Of a DNA stretch of 64,000 bases, positions 27,446 to 35,863 are shown one piece after another. A program made the position numbers and the translations under genes. The stretch spans positions 5,174 to 69,173 of the forward strand of contig DUBN01000073.1 of the NCBI GenBank assembly GCA_012960315.1, written 5' to 3'. Numbering within the stretch: the stretch's first letter is position 1; every line of letters starts with the position of its first letter. Below the pieces are notes generated by a model. That model made no database searches and was not told the DNA's origin. It was given only the letters and a program-made list of their open reading frames with translations. Source of the DNA: Acidimicrobiia bacterium. GTDB taxonomy: Bacteria; Actinomycetota; Acidimicrobiia; Acidimicrobiales; Poriferisodalaceae.

Positions 27446-28201
27446 ATGGAAACCGATCTTGTTGAGACCGACACAAAGGGCCACATAACGATCATTACGC
27501 TGCATCGTCGTGAGAAACGAAACGCGTTTGACCCAAACCTGACGGCTGCTCTCAATCAGGCACTGGATTCATTTGAAGACGATCCCGACCAGTGGGTGGC
27601 GGTTTTGACGGGTGGGATCGACATGTTTTCCGCCGGAAGTGACCTCAAAGAGGGAAGCGGTAAGTCGGATCGTGGCGGCGAGTACGGCATAATTCGCCGG
27701 CGTCGCGTCAAGCCACTCGTAGCGGCGGCGGAAGGCTTGGCTCTTGGCGGAGGAATGGAAATATTGTTTTGCTGTGACCTCATTGTCGCTTCAACCGATC
27801 TTCGCTTGGGGCTGCCTGAAGTTAAGCGCGGTGTGTTACCCACCAGTGGCGGGCTTTTCAGGGCCCTTCGGTCACTTCCGTTGCATGTGGCGAAAGAGGT
27901 TGTGCTAACGGGTGAAGAGCTATCAGCGGAGCGGGCGTTGCAGTATGGCCTAATCAACAGGCTCGTCGAGCCGGGACATGCGTTAGAAGTTGCTGTCGCA
28001 TTAGCCGAAGAGATCGCGTCGAATTCTCCCACCTCCACGCGTCACTCTGTGCAGGCAATGGAACGAATCCTTGCAAGCGGAGACGAACTTGGCTGGTCTG
28101 TCACTGACTACGCTCGATCTGAAGTTTTCGCGAGCGAAGATCGCAAAGAGGGGATCAAAGCGTTTTTTGAACGCCGCGAACCAGAATGGAAGGGTCGCTA
28201 A
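27446..28201 (+). CDS. Enoyl-CoA hydratase/isomerase (crotonase) family
   Basis: ITIITLHRREKRNAF, VAVLTGG...FSAGSDLKE and AAAEGLALGGGMEILFCCDLIVAS. ATG 27446 lies 5 nt after GTGGGA. Stop TAA 28199-28201 overlaps the next ATG. Confidence 0.9.
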   Translation: METDLVETDTKGHITIITLHRREKRNAFDPNLTAALNQALDSFEDDPDQWVAVLTGGIDMFSAGSDLKEGSGKSDRGGEYGIIRRRRVKPLVAAAEGLALGGGMEILFCCDLIVASTDLRLGLPEVKRGVLPTSGGLFRALRSLPLHVAKEVVLTGEELSAERALQYGLINRLVEPGHALEVAVALAEEIASNSPTSTRHSVQAMERILASGDELGWSVTDYARSEVFASEDRKEGIKAFFERREPEWKGR

Positions 28202-28767
28202 TGCGGTTGTCGATTCCTAACGAGGATGAACTTTCTGAATCGCAGGTCAAGCTTCGCGATGCGGTTGTAGGCAGTAGGAAAGGCCTGGGTTCCGAAATTT
28301 GGGGACGCGGCCCGTTTGGAGTGTGGCAGAACGCTCCCAATGTGGGCCATCCTGCATTGGACTTAGGTGGTGCTGTTCGGTTCAGCACCGAGATCCCCGC
28401 CGATGTCCGGGAAGTGGCCATCTGTACGGTTGGGGTTCATTATCGAGCAAAGTTTGAATTCGCCGCGCACAAAGCAATCGGTATCAAAGCTGGCCTTGAA
28501 GCGGATGCGCTCGACCGTCTCGCTCGAGGGGAAAGTCCGGGATGGACCGGGGCTTTAGAGGTGACGCATCGATACACGAAAACTCTTCTGGAGGAACACC
28601 GAGTGACTCAAGGGTTACACGACGAGCTCGCGGCAGCGTTTGGTGAACAAGGTGTTGTGGAAATTGTTACAACCATCGGCTATTACTCCTTGATTTCTCT
28701 AACGCTCAACGCCTTCGAGGTCCCGCTGTCCACTCAAATGGACGATCCGTGGCCGGAAGAAGGTTGA
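28201..28767 (+). CDS. Carboxymuconolactone decarboxylase (AhpD-like/CMD) family protein
   Basis: TAATG coupling at 28199-28203. Pattern LSESQVKLRDAVV...REVAICTVGVHYRAKFEFAAHKAIG, typical of CMD family members that lack a CxxC motif. Confidence 0.75.
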   Translation: MRLSIPNEDELSESQVKLRDAVVGSRKGLGSEIWGRGPFGVWQNAPNVGHPALDLGGAVRFSTEIPADVREVAICTVGVHYRAKFEFAAHKAIGIKAGLEADALDRLARGESPGWTGALEVTHRYTKTLLEEHRVTQGLHDELAAAFGEQGVVEIVTTIGYYSLISLTLNAFEVPLSTQMDDPWPEEG

Positions 28768-28908
28768 ACGCCTCGAGCATCAGGCAGGTTTCCTTTACCT
28801 GAGCGCAACTCCGGTTTATGTCACAAGTGAGGGGGCCAGCCGTTTTCGCAATGGCATCGACAAAGACGACGAGAGACCTCCTTTGCCGGTTGTTAGAACT
28901 TGGCTGGA

Positions 28909-29244
28909 CTATTTGATGAACAGCACTTGACCGATCGACCCACTGACGTTTTCTGCAGGCGCATCGGGCCCGAGTGCATCGCTGCCAAATAGTTCTTCAA
29001 ACTCAGGATCAGCAAAGAAGGCGTCGGTTGCTGCGCCGTATTCGGCGAAGGAGGGGTAACCGAACGTGTGATGGAAAGTCAAAAACCCGCCGCTAGGCCC
29101 GCCGAGTTGTTGAACCAGAGTGTGATACGACGGCCTGATATCTAGTCGCGTCAAAATTTCGTCAAATCTTTCCATTACCCCCACGAAGTCTTCAGCTCGA
29201 CCCGGCTTCACTTTCCAAGTATCGGTCCATACGTGTGCTGGCAT
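28909..29244 (-). CDS. Hypothetical small protein (possibly ferredoxin-like alpha+beta fold)
   Basis: The ORF is open from TTG 29277. ATG 29244 has AAGG about 9 nt upstream. I recognised no family; the amino-acid composition looks protein-like. Confidence 0.4.
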   Translation of the reverse strand: MPAHVWTDTWKVKPGRAEDFVGVMERFDEILTRLDIRPSYHTLVQQLGGPSGGFLTFHHTFGYPSFAEYGAATDAFFADPEFEELFGSDALGPDAPAENVSGSIGQVLFIK

Positions 29245-29398
29245 AATCGCCGCCTTTGTTTCTGGTTTAGTTGTCAAACCATGTCACAGCGCCCCTGTCG
29301 ATGACAAAGCGGAGTGGCAACGGACCGTCCTATGGGATGCTCTGCCACGGGCCGGGTCGTAAACATGAGAAGTTTCGCCGTGATCTACGCTGTGGGCC

Positions 29399-30043
29399 AT
29401 GTCTTCCGAAGCCGTGCAGATAACCGTTTGGTCCGATTACCTCTGACCTTGGTGTTGGGTTGGGGCCGTGCGTCTCGACGAATTAGCTGAACAAGAAGGG
29501 GACGGTATTGCTATCGAATGGAAATCGTTCTTGTTGCGGCCTGAACCTGAGGAGAGGACCCTCGCAGAATTTACTGAATATACGAAAAGTTGGGAGCGTC
29601 CAGCTGGCCTTGAGCCTCTCGCTGGTTTCAACACCCCGTGGTCTGGTGCCAGCCCACCGCCCTCACACTCTTTGCCAGCAGCCATCGCTGGCAAAACCGC
29701 TGCCACGTTCGGCCAAGCGACCTGGCGGCGCTATCACCAAAGGCTGTTGCGTGCCTATTTCATCGAGAACCGCGATATTTCGAATTCCGATGTTCTCTTA
29801 GAAGTAGCTGGCGAAGCAGACATCGATACGAATGTTTTCGAAGAGACTCGGATAGCTAATGGGAAAGACTTTGAGAGTCAGGTGTTCGCTGAGTACAACG
29901 AAGCGCTAAGCAGCGGCGTGAATGGTGTGCCCGCTGTAGTGATTGATCACAGGTATCTAGTGTCTGGTGCAGTCGAAGTAGAGCATTACCAAAAAGCTCT
30001 TGCGCACTACCGAGAAATTCGAGACGATGAAAATAGTGGCTAG
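29399..30043 (+). CDS. DsbA/FrnE-like thiol:disulfide oxidoreductase with in-frame TGA (29444-29446) at the first Cys position of CPWC: candidate selenoprotein (alternatively a nonsense pseudogene)
   Basis: The same frame as track ORF 29468..30043, extended upstream, reads MSSEAVQITVWSDYL[TGA]PWCWVGAVRLDELAEQEG.... The downstream part has DsbA-family blocks (IEWKSFLLRPEPE, NGVPAVVIDHRYLVSGAVEVEHY). I saw no other lesion. Confidence 0.65.
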
Positions 30044-30272
30044 CCGGGGTCTTTGGCCTGTGTCCTCCGTTGGGCCGAGCGTTACGGAATCGTTGTCATC
30101 GAACTAACCAGTGCTGAACTCCAAGAGGTCTTGAGCTCACAGATCAAAGCCATTTCAGCACTCACCAAACTCATTGACGGGACACCCCAATCAGCTCAGA
30201 TACAGGGAACGCAACCAGCATCACTCTCAAATAACCGCTGCTATACATCCACCAGCTAAAAGGATTTTCATT

Positions 30273-31826
30273 ATGAGTTGGGAACAAGAAGTTGTAGAAC
30301 TAGAACGAAGGCTTGGACTCATCCAACAAATGGGTGGTGAGGAAAGCGTCGACTTTCATCATGGGCGAGGAAAGCTAACAGTCCGCGAACGAATCAAGTG
30401 CCTACAAGATCCCGGAACCTTTCGCGAAATTGGGGCGCTCGCTGGGACCCCCATTTTTGACGAAAATGGGTTACTGGAAAGCCTCACTCCGGCCAATTAC
30501 GTGATCGGCACAGCCGAACTCGGCGGCCGACGGGTTGTGCTGTGCGGAGGAGACTTCACCATTCGTGGAGGAGCCGCTGATGGCAACATTGGGCAAAAGT
30601 ACATAGTCGCCGAGACTTTGGCCCGAGATCATCGACTACCGCTGGTACGCCTACTGGACGCAACAGGAGGAAGCGTCAAAACATTCGAAAAACTCGGTCA
30701 CACATATTTGCCGGACACCGAGTCGCCAGATATTTCAACGGAGCTTTTAGGTCAAGTACCGGTCGTGTCCGCAGTTCTGGGATCGGTAGCGGGCCTCCCA
30801 GCGGTGCAGGCATGTCTGGCTCATTTCAGCATCATGGTGAAGGACACGAGCCAGGTATTCGTTGCCGGACCTGCAGTAGTGAAAGAAGGCATAGGGGTCG
30901 ATATCACTAAAGAAGATCTGGGCGATGAACGAGTTCAAATCCCTAATGGCGTCATCGACAACCTGGCCGAAACTGAACAAGATGCTTTTGAGCAAACTCG
31001 AAAATTTCTGTCATATCTGCCCTCGAACGTTTGGCAGATGGCACCACGGTCTGAACCCAAAGATCCGGTAGGTCGTAGAGACGAAATGTTGCTAGAAGTG
31101 ATACCGCGTATCAAAAGACGAATTTATTATCCTCACAGGATCCTTGACGCTGTCCTAGACATCGACTCTTTCTTCGAGATAGCTCCCCTGTCAGGGCGAG
31201 CTCACATAACAGGCTTGGGCCGAGTTGACGGTTACCCCGTCGGCGTAATGATCAACAATCCGCTGTATTACGGCGGCGCCATGGGCCCACTTGAAGCTGA
31301 GAAAGCAATGCGACTCGTTCAGCTATGCGACACTTTCCACCTTCCACTCGTCTGGTTGTGTGACGAGCCGGGCTTCCACGTCGGGCCGGAGAACGAAGTT
31401 CAAGGAATCCTCCGTGGCGGAGCGCGAGCCGTGACGGTCTTCTCAGCTTCGAAAATGCCCTATATCTCTTTTTTGATGCGTCAGTGCTACGGCGTGGCGG
31501 GTGGTCTTCACGTGCGACACAGCGGTATGTACCAGAGATACGCCTGGCCATCCGCTCATGCAGGCTCTATGCACATCGAAGGTGGAACGATGGTTGCCTA
31601 CAAACGAGAAATTCAAAATGCTGAGGACCCGAAGGCGAAACGAGAAGAGATAGAAGCGCGTTTGGAAGCGATCGCGTCTCCGTTTAGGAACGCTCATGCA
31701 ATGGATATCGAGAATCTAATTGATCCACGAGACACGCGACCCTTGCTCTGCGAATTTGTGCAACAAGCTCAAAGCGTTCTACAAACCCAGCTCGGGCCCA
31801 CAGCGGGAGCCTCTTTTAGGCCATAG
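30273..31826 (+). CDS. Acyl-CoA carboxylase carboxyltransferase (beta-subunit-type) domain protein
   Basis: ATG 30273 lies 8 nt after AAAAGGA. Blocks GKLTVRERIKCLQDPGTFREIG, GGDFTIRGGAADG, RLLDATGGS and CDEPGFHVGPENE. Confidence 0.88.
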   Translation: MSWEQEVVELERRLGLIQQMGGEESVDFHHGRGKLTVRERIKCLQDPGTFREIGALAGTPIFDENGLLESLTPANYVIGTAELGGRRVVLCGGDFTIRGGAADGNIGQKYIVAETLARDHRLPLVRLLDATGGSVKTFEKLGHTYLPDTESPDISTELLGQVPVVSAVLGSVAGLPAVQACLAHFSIMVKDTSQVFVAGPAVVKEGIGVDITKEDLGDERVQIPNGVIDNLAETEQDAFEQTRKFLSYLPSNVWQMAPRSEPKDPVGRRDEMLLEVIPRIKRRIYYPHRILDAVLDIDSFFEIAPLSGRAHITGLGRVDGYPVGVMINNPLYYGGAMGPLEAEKAMRLVQLCDTFHLPLVWLCDEPGFHVGPENEVQGILRGGARAVTVFSASKMPYISFLMRQCYGVAGGLHVRHSGMYQRYAWPSAHAGSMHIEGGTMVAYKREIQNAEDPKAKREEIEARLEAIASPFRNAHAMDIENLIDPRDTRPLLCEFVQQAQSVLQTQLGPTAGASFRP

Positions 31827-32193
31827 ATCCGTTACTTCCTAATATCGCCTCCCATAGGCACTTATGGCTCATAGGTGCACGGACCTACCGCTGTTTGAGT
31901 GCTGTTCTCACGCAATGGTAGAGACCCGTAGTTTCTCCAGATGTAGTTGGGATTTCTGGCATGAGAGGGGAGCAATCCACTGTTCTAAATCATTCAGTAA
32001 TTACGGAATCACTCATGCCACAAAGGATATGAAAACAATCGAACAGAGCCCGTAGACGTAACGCCAGTCGCTCTTCTTTGGCGGCGGCTTCCCGGTAAAT
32101 AACTCTTTCAAACTGACTGTCACGATCGTAGGCCTGCAGAAAACGACAAAAGATCGGCCCGAAGGGCAAGCCTCGATCTTGGTAGGCGGTCGA

Positions 32194-32487
32194 TTAGATG
32201 AAGTGAGTTTGGATGGCTTCTCGCGCTGGTACGTCCGTCATTACTGGTTTGGCTCTCATGTCACACACGTCAGCCCAGGCGAGTTGAAACGCAGTACATT
32301 TCGAAAAGTCGTCTGTTTCTACAATCATGGTCCCGGTTCCTTCACCCAGGCAGTGCCAACGGCCAATTAGTTCGACACCGTGGTCGGCTAACAATGATTC
32401 GAGTTGTTCTTGAGTGAATGTTCCAAAGGCGGTGAGGGCATCGCGTCTGCTGGTTTGGAATACCGAATAGTCGATTTGAAACAGCAC
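32194..32487 (-). CDS. Small DUF3303-like protein (tentative)
   Basis: GTG 32487 lies 8 nt after AGGAG. The 97-aa product has ...IVETDDFSKCTAFQLAWADVCDMRAKPVMTDVPAREAI, resembling the DUF3303 C-terminal pattern. The track's 179-aa version adds an Arg/Pro-rich, non-protein-like extension. Confidence 0.45.
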   Translation of the reverse strand: MLFQIDYSVFQTSRRDALTAFGTFTQEQLESLLADHGVELIGRWHCLGEGTGTMIVETDDFSKCTAFQLAWADVCDMRAKPVMTDVPAREAIQTHFI

Positions 32488-32511
32488 GGAGTGATCTCCT
32501 TCTAGAGAAAG

Positions 32512-32531
32512 CGAACCCACCAGTGGGTTCG
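32512..32531. promoter_or_regulatory. Perfect 9+9 bp inverted repeat (CGAACCCAC-CA-GTGGGTTCG), candidate operator or 5' hairpin
   Basis: Read directly from the sequence. It lies 25 nt upstream of the DUF3303-like start (minus strand), inside the ~330-nt divergent region shared with the CaiB-fusion gene. Confidence 0.3.
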
Positions 32532-32820
32532 GTAGCGAACAACCTAGCCAACTACAAGTAGGGCGCTGTGCACCAGCAAAGATAACTCCGAAGCGCAGCC
32601 GGTCCTTGGCTCTGGTGAGTGGCGGATTGGGTTGACTTAGCCTTGGTGGACGTCGGAGTCGGTGTTCGCGTTGATGAAGGCCGGATCTGAGAAAGGCTTC
32701 GTGTATGTGGCTTCCCACAGTGCTCGTCCTCACGCATCTGGCTGTCGCGAGCGACTCGGTCCGCGATGGCCCTAACGAGCGCTAGTTTCTTTGCCGGTCG
32801 GACATAAGGGGGAATTGCGC

Positions 32821-35241
32821 GTGCTGTCGCCGTATCGAGTACTTGATCTCACTGATGAACGAGGCCAACTGGCGGGTGCCACTCTGGCAGACCTTGGGGC
32901 AGAGGTCATTTTGGTGGAGCCTCCGGACGGTTCACGTTCGCGCCGACTACCGCCGTTTGTTGCGGGACGAGAGGGTGACCCTGAAGCATCTCTGTGGTTT
33001 TGGTCATACAACCGCGGGAAGCGAAGTATCTCCATGGATCTTGACGATCCGGCCGATCGCGGACGTTTTCTCGAGTTGGTCGCCGGTGCAGACATTGTCC
33101 TTGAGTCGGATCGGCCAGGAGCTATGGCTGAGCGTGGACTTGGCTACGACGAGCTCGCGGCGGTGAATCCTGAAATCGTGGTGACATCCATTTCTCCGTT
33201 TGGTCAGAGCGGACCCAAAGCCGACTGGGCCGCGACAGATCTGACTGTGGCTGCAGCAGCGATGGTGCCAAAGATGACCGGCGACGAAGACCGCGCACCT
33301 TTACGTGTGCCTTTAGCGCAGTCATTTCTGCACGCTTCAGCCGAGGCTGCAGGAGCGACCCTCATCGCTCTACATGAACGTAACCGTTCCGGTAAGGGGC
33401 AACACGTTGACGTCAGTGCCCAGCAATCTTTTATGCAAGCCACTCAGTCGATGGTTCTGTGTCACTTATACAACTCACCTGAGACGACTCGGATGAGTGG
33501 TGGAGCGGCAGTGGGCCCATTTCGAATTCGCCTCCGCTCTCCGGCTGCCGACGGATTCGTCTCCATCACAATCCTTTTTGGCGAAGCGATTGCCCCGTTC
33601 AGCTCCCGACTTTTCGAATGGATCCATGAGGAGGGCATGTGTGAAGGTAGCGATCTCGAGATTGACTGGGTCAACTTCGTTGAAGGGGTGACAAACGGTC
33701 GTATCGGGCTGGGAGAATACGACCGCATCCAAGAAGTCGCTGCCCAATTCTCAGCGACAAAGAGTAAAGCCGAGTTGCTATCGGCAGCCCGTGAGAAGCG
33801 TCTGCTGATCGTGCCGATTTGCAACGTCCAGGAAGTTGCAGAGCTTGGCCAGTTCGAGGAGCGGGGCTTTTGGCGTGAAATCGAATGCCTTGATCTCGGG
33901 CCAGTTCGATTTCCGGGCCCGATGGCCAAATTTTCTGCTACGCCGCTCGATGTATCGCTGCCCCCACCTGCCATCGGTCAGGACAACGGTGAGATCAAAA
34001 CCCGGGTTGCCGAACCCACCACGGTCGTTGAAGCGATGCCAGTAGCGCCGCTTTCTGATGTCAAGATCCTGGACCTGATGTGGGTGATGGCCGGCCCAGC
34101 CGCAACTCGAGTGTTCGCTGACTGGGGGGCGACCGTGGTGCGCGTTGAGTCCTCACACAAAATTGAGGGAGCGCGTACATTTCAGCCGTTGCTCAACAAT
34201 GAAGGAGGTTCGGAAAACAGCGGACTGTTCCAGAACCTCAACGCTGGCAAACTCGGCCTTACCGTCGCGATGGACAACCCTGAAGCGAGGGAACTTATCC
34301 TCGACCTTGTGCGTTGGGCCGACGTGGTGTGTGAGTCGTTCTCACCAAAAGCCATGGCCGGATGGAACCTGACTTACGAGGATTTGAAGGAGGTGAATCC
34401 TGACGTCATCATGACAAGTAGTTGCTTGTTCGGACAAGACGGCCCGATGTCGCATCTAGCGGGTTTTGGAACCATGGGGGCCTCAATGTCGGGTTTCTAT
34501 GAAATGACTGGTTGGCCTGACCGTGACCCCGCAGGAGTCGCTGGGGCTTATACCGACTACGTCTCTCCCCGCTATCTGGAGATTGCAATCCTTGCTGCCC
34601 TTGACCATCGGCGTCGAACTGGCGAGGGCCAGTACATTGATCTCTCCCAAGCTGAGTCATCGATGAACTTTCTAACCCCGCATCTACTTGGCTGGACAGT
34701 TAACGGGCAGCTAGCCCCGAAGATCGGGAACGCCGACCCGTTGATGTTGCCCCACGGTATCCACCCCTGTTCGGGAGACGACGAGTGGGTTGCTGTCTCG
34801 TGTGAAAACGATGAACAGTGGCGCAGCCTGTGTGACCTCTTGGGTTTTCCCGCCGAGTGGAGCGAAGCCGACATCGCAGCCCGGCGGATCCTTGGACCGG
34901 AGATCGAATCCGCGATCGAAGCGTGGACATCGGTTCGACGGGGAGCCGAGGCGCACTCAAGTCTGCAGGCCATCGGAGTACCCGCCCATGTAGTGCAGGA
35001 CTCGATCGTGGTGGCTAGTGACCCACAACTGGAACACCGCAACCACTTCCGGCAAGCGCCCCATGACGAACATGGGTCGATGTGGATAGAAGGAACCAGG
35101 TTCTCGATGTCTCGCAGCACCGATGCGATCAGCGGCGCGGCACCGACTCTTGGCCAGCACACCTTTGATGTGCTCGAGGGGATACTCGGCTACGACGCCG
35201 ACCACATCGCGGAACTGGCGGTGGCCGGAGTCCTTGAGTGA
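32821..35241 (+). CDS. Tandem fusion of two family III CoA-transferase (CaiB/BaiF) domains
   Basis: GTG 32821 follows AAGGGGGA (32806-32813); the longest ORF starts at TTG 32791. Domain 1 begins YRVLDLTDERGQLAGATLADLGAEVILVEPP. Domain 2 begins VKILDLMWVMAGPAATRVFADWGATVVRVES. Each is followed by the ...G-x-G-Q-x-[VI]-D block. Confidence 0.9.
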   Translation: MLSPYRVLDLTDERGQLAGATLADLGAEVILVEPPDGSRSRRLPPFVAGREGDPEASLWFWSYNRGKRSISMDLDDPADRGRFLELVAGADIVLESDRPGAMAERGLGYDELAAVNPEIVVTSISPFGQSGPKADWAATDLTVAAAAMVPKMTGDEDRAPLRVPLAQSFLHASAEAAGATLIALHERNRSGKGQHVDVSAQQSFMQATQSMVLCHLYNSPETTRMSGGAAVGPFRIRLRSPAADGFVSITILFGEAIAPFSSRLFEWIHEEGMCEGSDLEIDWVNFVEGVTNGRIGLGEYDRIQEVAAQFSATKSKAELLSAAREKRLLIVPICNVQEVAELGQFEERGFWREIECLDLGPVRFPGPMAKFSATPLDVSLPPPAIGQDNGEIKTRVAEPTTVVEAMPVAPLSDVKILDLMWVMAGPAATRVFADWGATVVRVESSHKIEGARTFQPLLNNEGGSENSGLFQNLNAGKLGLTVAMDNPEARELILDLVRWADVVCESFSPKAMAGWNLTYEDLKEVNPDVIMTSSCLFGQDGPMSHLAGFGTMGASMSGFYEMTGWPDRDPAGVAGAYTDYVSPRYLEIAILAALDHRRRTGEGQYIDLSQAESSMNFLTPHLLGWTVNGQLAPKIGNADPLMLPHGIHPCSGDDEWVAVSCENDEQWRSLCDLLGFPAEWSEADIAARRILGPEIESAIEAWTSVRRGAEAHSSLQAIGVPAHVVQDSIVVASDPQLEHRNHFRQAPHDEHGSMWIEGTRFSMSRSTDAISGAAPTLGQHTFDVLEGILGYDADHIAELAVAGVLE

Positions 35242-35401
35242 CCCGAGTTGTGGAGGCATTGTCTCAACACCAGGTTCCTTGAGGGCAGATCTCACCGATA
35301 GTCCCGAAATTTGCCTAATCGAAGATCACTCCAACTGATGACCGATCGAAGGTGGAGGCATATTTCGCCGCGGGATTGACAGATGCCCCTAGGGTGTCGC
35401 T

Positions 35402-35845
35402 ATGACATTTGATGGAGAGTATGGTCCGAGTACCTGGGACTGGGTGGCGGAACAAGCCGAAGAATATGAGACGTCCAACGGCGAGAAGGCGAGCACGCTT
35501 CGAGACACCGGTTTGCCGATCATTGTTATGACAACTATCGGGCATCGCACAGGGTTGATTCGCAAAGTACCGCTCATGAAAGTTGAGCACGAAGGCCAAT
35601 ATGCCATCGTTGCCTCCAAAGGCGGGGCAAAAGAACATCCGGGCTGGTACCACAACCTTATGGCGGATCCTAAAGTCTTGGTCCAAGACGGTCCCGCGCC
35701 CTTCGAAACAACAGTTCGCCTTTTGAGTGGGAAAGAACGAGATGCGTGGTGGGAACGATCAGTCGAAGCCTTTTCCCCGTACGCGGAGTATCAAGAAAAG
35801 ACTGACCGAGAAATCCCGTTGTTTATCACCGAGCCTCAAGTTTGA
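35402..35845 (+). CDS. Deazaflavin (F420)-dependent nitroreductase family protein (DDN-like)
   Basis: The blocks IIVMTTIGHRTGLIRKVPLMKVEHEGQYAIVASKGGAKEHPGWYHNL and ERDAWWERSVEAFSPYAEYQEKTDREIPLF match the PF04075-type pattern as I recall it. Confidence 0.82.
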   Translation: MTFDGEYGPSTWDWVAEQAEEYETSNGEKASTLRDTGLPIIVMTTIGHRTGLIRKVPLMKVEHEGQYAIVASKGGAKEHPGWYHNLMADPKVLVQDGPAPFETTVRLLSGKERDAWWERSVEAFSPYAEYQEKTDREIPLFITEPQV

Positions 35846-35863
35846 CATTCGGTTGAATTACTG

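Noticed and set aside
28768-28908. A possible bidirectional intrinsic terminator in the convergent spacer (TCAGG...CCTGA around 28782-28804).
   Set aside because: The stem is only ~5 bp with internal mismatches and there is no following T-tract on either strand. Similarly, the A7/T7 run at 48007-48013 lacks a preceding GC-rich hairpin.
30044-30272. The 229-nt leader upstream of the carboxyltransferase gene, containing a 68-aa TTG-initiated ORF (30053..30259). I considered it as a small gene or riboswitch.
   Set aside because: There is no RBS, no recognisable family, and no obvious conserved-looking helices by eye. I cannot support either interpretation without covariance or homology searches.
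31864-32055. The listed 63-aa plus-strand ORF in the convergent spacer.
   Set aside because: It has a Cys/His/Trp-rich, improbable composition and no RBS. It is more likely the antisense shadow of the minus-strand frame reported as a low-interest finding.
32488-32733. An 82-codon N-terminal extension of the listed 179-aa minus-strand ORF (32194..32733).
   Set aside because: The extension is Arg/Pro-rich and low-complexity. A GTG at 32487 with AGGAG 8 nt upstream starts exactly where the DUF3303-like similarity begins.
33462-35162. Long antisense ORFs inside the CaiB fusion (33462..33974, 170 aa; 34572..35162, 196 aa). Similar ones occur elsewhere (6543..7016, 26560..27093, 27556..28038).
   Set aside because: These are shadow ORFs opposite well-supported genes. 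Their compositions are Arg/Ser/Pro/Ala-rich with no recognisable motifs.
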